Virus record (IMG/VR): IMGVR_UViG_3300031760_000011
Direction: 5' to 3' (one strand)
Length of the DNA stretch: 57,941 nucleotides
From: an uncultured virus (IMG/VR IMGVR_UViG_3300031760_000011)
Taxonomy: Duplodnaviria; Heunggongvirae; Uroviricota; Caudoviricetes
Shown here piece after piece: positions 56,062-57,941 of the stretch. The notes beneath the pieces were generated by a model. That model had not been told where the DNA came from. It saw only the letters and a program-made list of their open reading frames with translations, and did not search any database. A program made the translations under genes and the position numbers. How positions within the stretch are numbered: position 1 is the stretch's first letter; every line of letters starts with the position of its first letter.

Positions 56062-56949
56062 TTACGCGATGACGTAATATTTGAATCCGTACTTCGCGCC
56101 GTCGTTGTCCATCGGACGGTTGTTAAATGTGAGGTGTGAGAAACACTCAACGTTGCGGTATTCCTTTACACCGTTGACAGTTGTCTCCTGACCGATGAAC
56201 AGACCGAGTTCGTTGAAGCGAGCGAGCGTGAGATTGCCATACTTGGCTTTGAAGTACTCCTTAACATCATTGACTGAAATTTCAATCGGGAGAATCGCGA
56301 TAACTTGGATATTGTAAAGAGAAAGCTCTTCAGACGGGGTATTCTCCCGATTGGTCTTAGTATTGTCTTCGACCGACGGGGTGTAAACGTGATTGTTGAG
56401 ATACACGTTGATGTCGCCAGCATTGACTGCCTTCAGGTAGTACGTTTCCATCTGGCTACCATTGATTTCCTGCTTCTTGTGAACGAAGTAGGTCTCGGCA
56501 TCTTCACCGTCAAGCGTTGTTGACGTCGTGCGCATCGGGATGATTTCGAAAAGGTTATTGTCGTTTTCAGAAGACACATTGACCGCACCGAACTGAAGAC
56601 CAGAACCGCCGATACCAACACCAAACAGACAAACTGTACGAGTATCAGCAGAAGCATCCTGAATTGTCGGAGTCCCGCTCAAGCCGAGAATTTTTTCAAG
56701 CGTAAGTTGCTGAGATGACTGAGGAACTTTTCCGAAAATCTTTTCAAGAAGGAAGCGGCGACCGCCGAAAACCGTGTTGTTATGCAAGAATGCAACAGCC
56801 CCGTTTGGACCATCCATGCGAACTTTTCCTTCGAGATGCATAGAATCAAACATCTCATCACGCTCAACGACCTGTCCGTTAGCGTTAAACTTTACACCCC
56901 TCACGTTTTTGAGGGAACCCATCAATGAACTGGTAATGATACGTCTCAT
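56062..56949 (-). CDS. Putative baseplate/tail-fibre attachment protein
   Basis: HNNTVFGGR, FGVGIGG, FNELGLF and FSHLTF resemble tail-collar/baseplate domains. Start MRRII at 56949 fits AAGGAG spacing. Confidence 0.55.
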   Translation of the reverse strand: MRRIITSSLMGSLKNVRGVKFNANGQVVERDEMFDSMHLEGKVRMDGPNGAVAFLHNNTVFGGRRFLLEKIFGKVPQSSQQLTLEKILGLSGTPTIQDASADTRTVCLFGVGIGGSGLQFGAVNVSSENDNNLFEIIPMRTTSTTLDGEDAETYFVHKKQEINGSQMETYYLKAVNAGDINVYLNNHVYTPSVEDNTKTNRENTPSEELSLYNIQVIAILPIEISVNDVKEYFKAKYGNLTLARFNELGLFIGQETTVNGVKEYRNVECFSHLTFNNRPMDNDGAKYGFKYYVIA

Positions 56950-56951
56950 TT

Positions 56952-57941
56952 TCAAGTCTCCTTGATTTCTTCAAGATAGTGACTCAGTTTGACATTGGAA
57001 GACAACGTCGTTCCCTCACTCGAATGCGAGAAAGTATGACTGAGTTTAAGCGATTGTTTGAGGTTAAATGAACCTATAGGTTCGTTGAGATTGTGTCGTA
57101 ACTTAGTAACCTCAGAAGCCAAGTTTTCGACATTTGTCGAATCCTGATACAGATAATTTCGAAGTTCTACAATAGAATCGACGTTTTCATTCTGTTCATC
57201 TGTCTGTACAGTGTAGTGCTCAATTTCGAGTCTATCTACCGCTTCGACAGTATCTGGAGTTTCTTCAACTCCGTGAGTAAGCTTTGGTAACTGAAGAACT
57301 AGATTGTCAGTTGCATTTTTCAACTGAATCCAGTGTCGAGTTTCAACTTTCGTAGCTACGTCTGGAAAACTCGCTTCCTCTTCAAGTTTATCTTCGATGA
57401 TATTGTCAAGTCTTGTACACAACCGTTCTTCGATATCAGGTACTGAGAGTTTATGCTTAACCTTCGCTTCTGCAGTCACTTCATATGGAGCAACATCGGG
57501 ATTCTCTTCAAGATAATCTCTTAATTTCACCGAGGTTTTTCCATCGAAAATACCCTCTGATTCAATCCTGTGTTCCAAAGAGTACGCTACGTTGGTAATA
57601 AGTTTTTCAATACCGTCAAAGACCAATTCATGACGAAGTTTCTTGATTCTCAGAACTACATCGGTATCGTTGTGCTCATCAAGCCAATACTTCAGTTTAA
57701 CCTCTGTAGTTCCTTCGATATTTCCTTCAAAGTCGTTGAGCACGTGGTTAATGGTCATAACCAACGAAGTCTTAAACTCGTCATCGCCATGAGTTTGGCT
57801 GAGCATATCATACACACGAACTTTTGTATCTTTCGGAGTATCAATAATATAATTGCTCGACTGGTCTATAAGTTGAACTGTGTATGATTTGAAGAGGTTA
57901 ATAATAGCAAAGATTCGAGCGAAGATTGATGTATTCTCAAC
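56952..57941 (-). CDS. Large structural protein, C-terminal part (runs off right edge)
   Basis: Frame is open from the window end (VENTSIFARIFAIINLFKSYTVQL...), so the track start at 57815 is internal. Acidic repeats near the C-terminus. Confidence 0.7.
   Translation of the reverse strand, partial: VENTSIFARIFAIINLFKSYTVQLIDQSSNYIIDTPKDTKVRVYDMLSQTHGDDEFKTSLVMTINHVLNDFEGNIEGTTEVKLKYWLDEHNDTDVVLRIKKLRHELVFDGIEKLITNVAYSLEHRIESEGIFDGKTSVKLRDYLEENPDVAPYEVTAEAKVKHKLSVPDIEERLCTRLDNIIEDKLEEEASFPDVATKVETRHWIQLKNATDNLVLQLPKLTHGVEETPDTVEAVDRLEIEHYTVQTDEQNENVDSIVELRNYLYQDSTNVENLASEVTKLRHNLNEPIGSFNLKQSLKLSHTFSHSSEGTTLSSNVKLSHYLEEIKET

Overview
This window is part of a jumbo bacteriophage genome of the phiKZ/AR9(PBS1)-like supergroup. 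It is densely coding in the standard code, with strong GGAG/AGGAG ribosome-binding sites. It encodes four split multisubunit RNA polymerase pieces: beta'-N with the catalytic NADFDGD motif, beta-N, and two different beta'-C paralogs, which implies both a non-virion and a virion RNAP. Replication and nucleotide genes include a DnaB-like helicase, SbcD/Mre11 nuclease, SF2 and RecD/Dda helicases, a small PolB-palm-like protein, ThyA, Tmk and anaerobic NrdDG (implying an anaerobic host). Other genes include GroES, a class-3 lipase-like hydrolase, a GNAT, baseplate/tail and probable head proteins, and many hypotheticals. Reading the intergenic DNA shows an AR9-type AACA-N6-T(A/G) motif in front of 14 genes, a second TATAY-type promoter class feeding structured leaders, and many hairpin terminators, several of them loop-less perfect palindromes. 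The two most intriguing signals are hypotheses that need computation or experiment. (i) A ~708-aa prion-like Q/G/aromatic protein sits in the chimallin-like position near nvRNAP beta'-N and shares short motifs (FQQPWG, GGAFN) with a membrane-anchored protein and the DnaB tail, suggesting a shell or condensate-type replication compartment. (ii) The promoter consensus that is uracil-dependent in AR9 occurs here in a phage that encodes dTMP synthesis. All homology calls come from motif recognition by eye, not from database searches.
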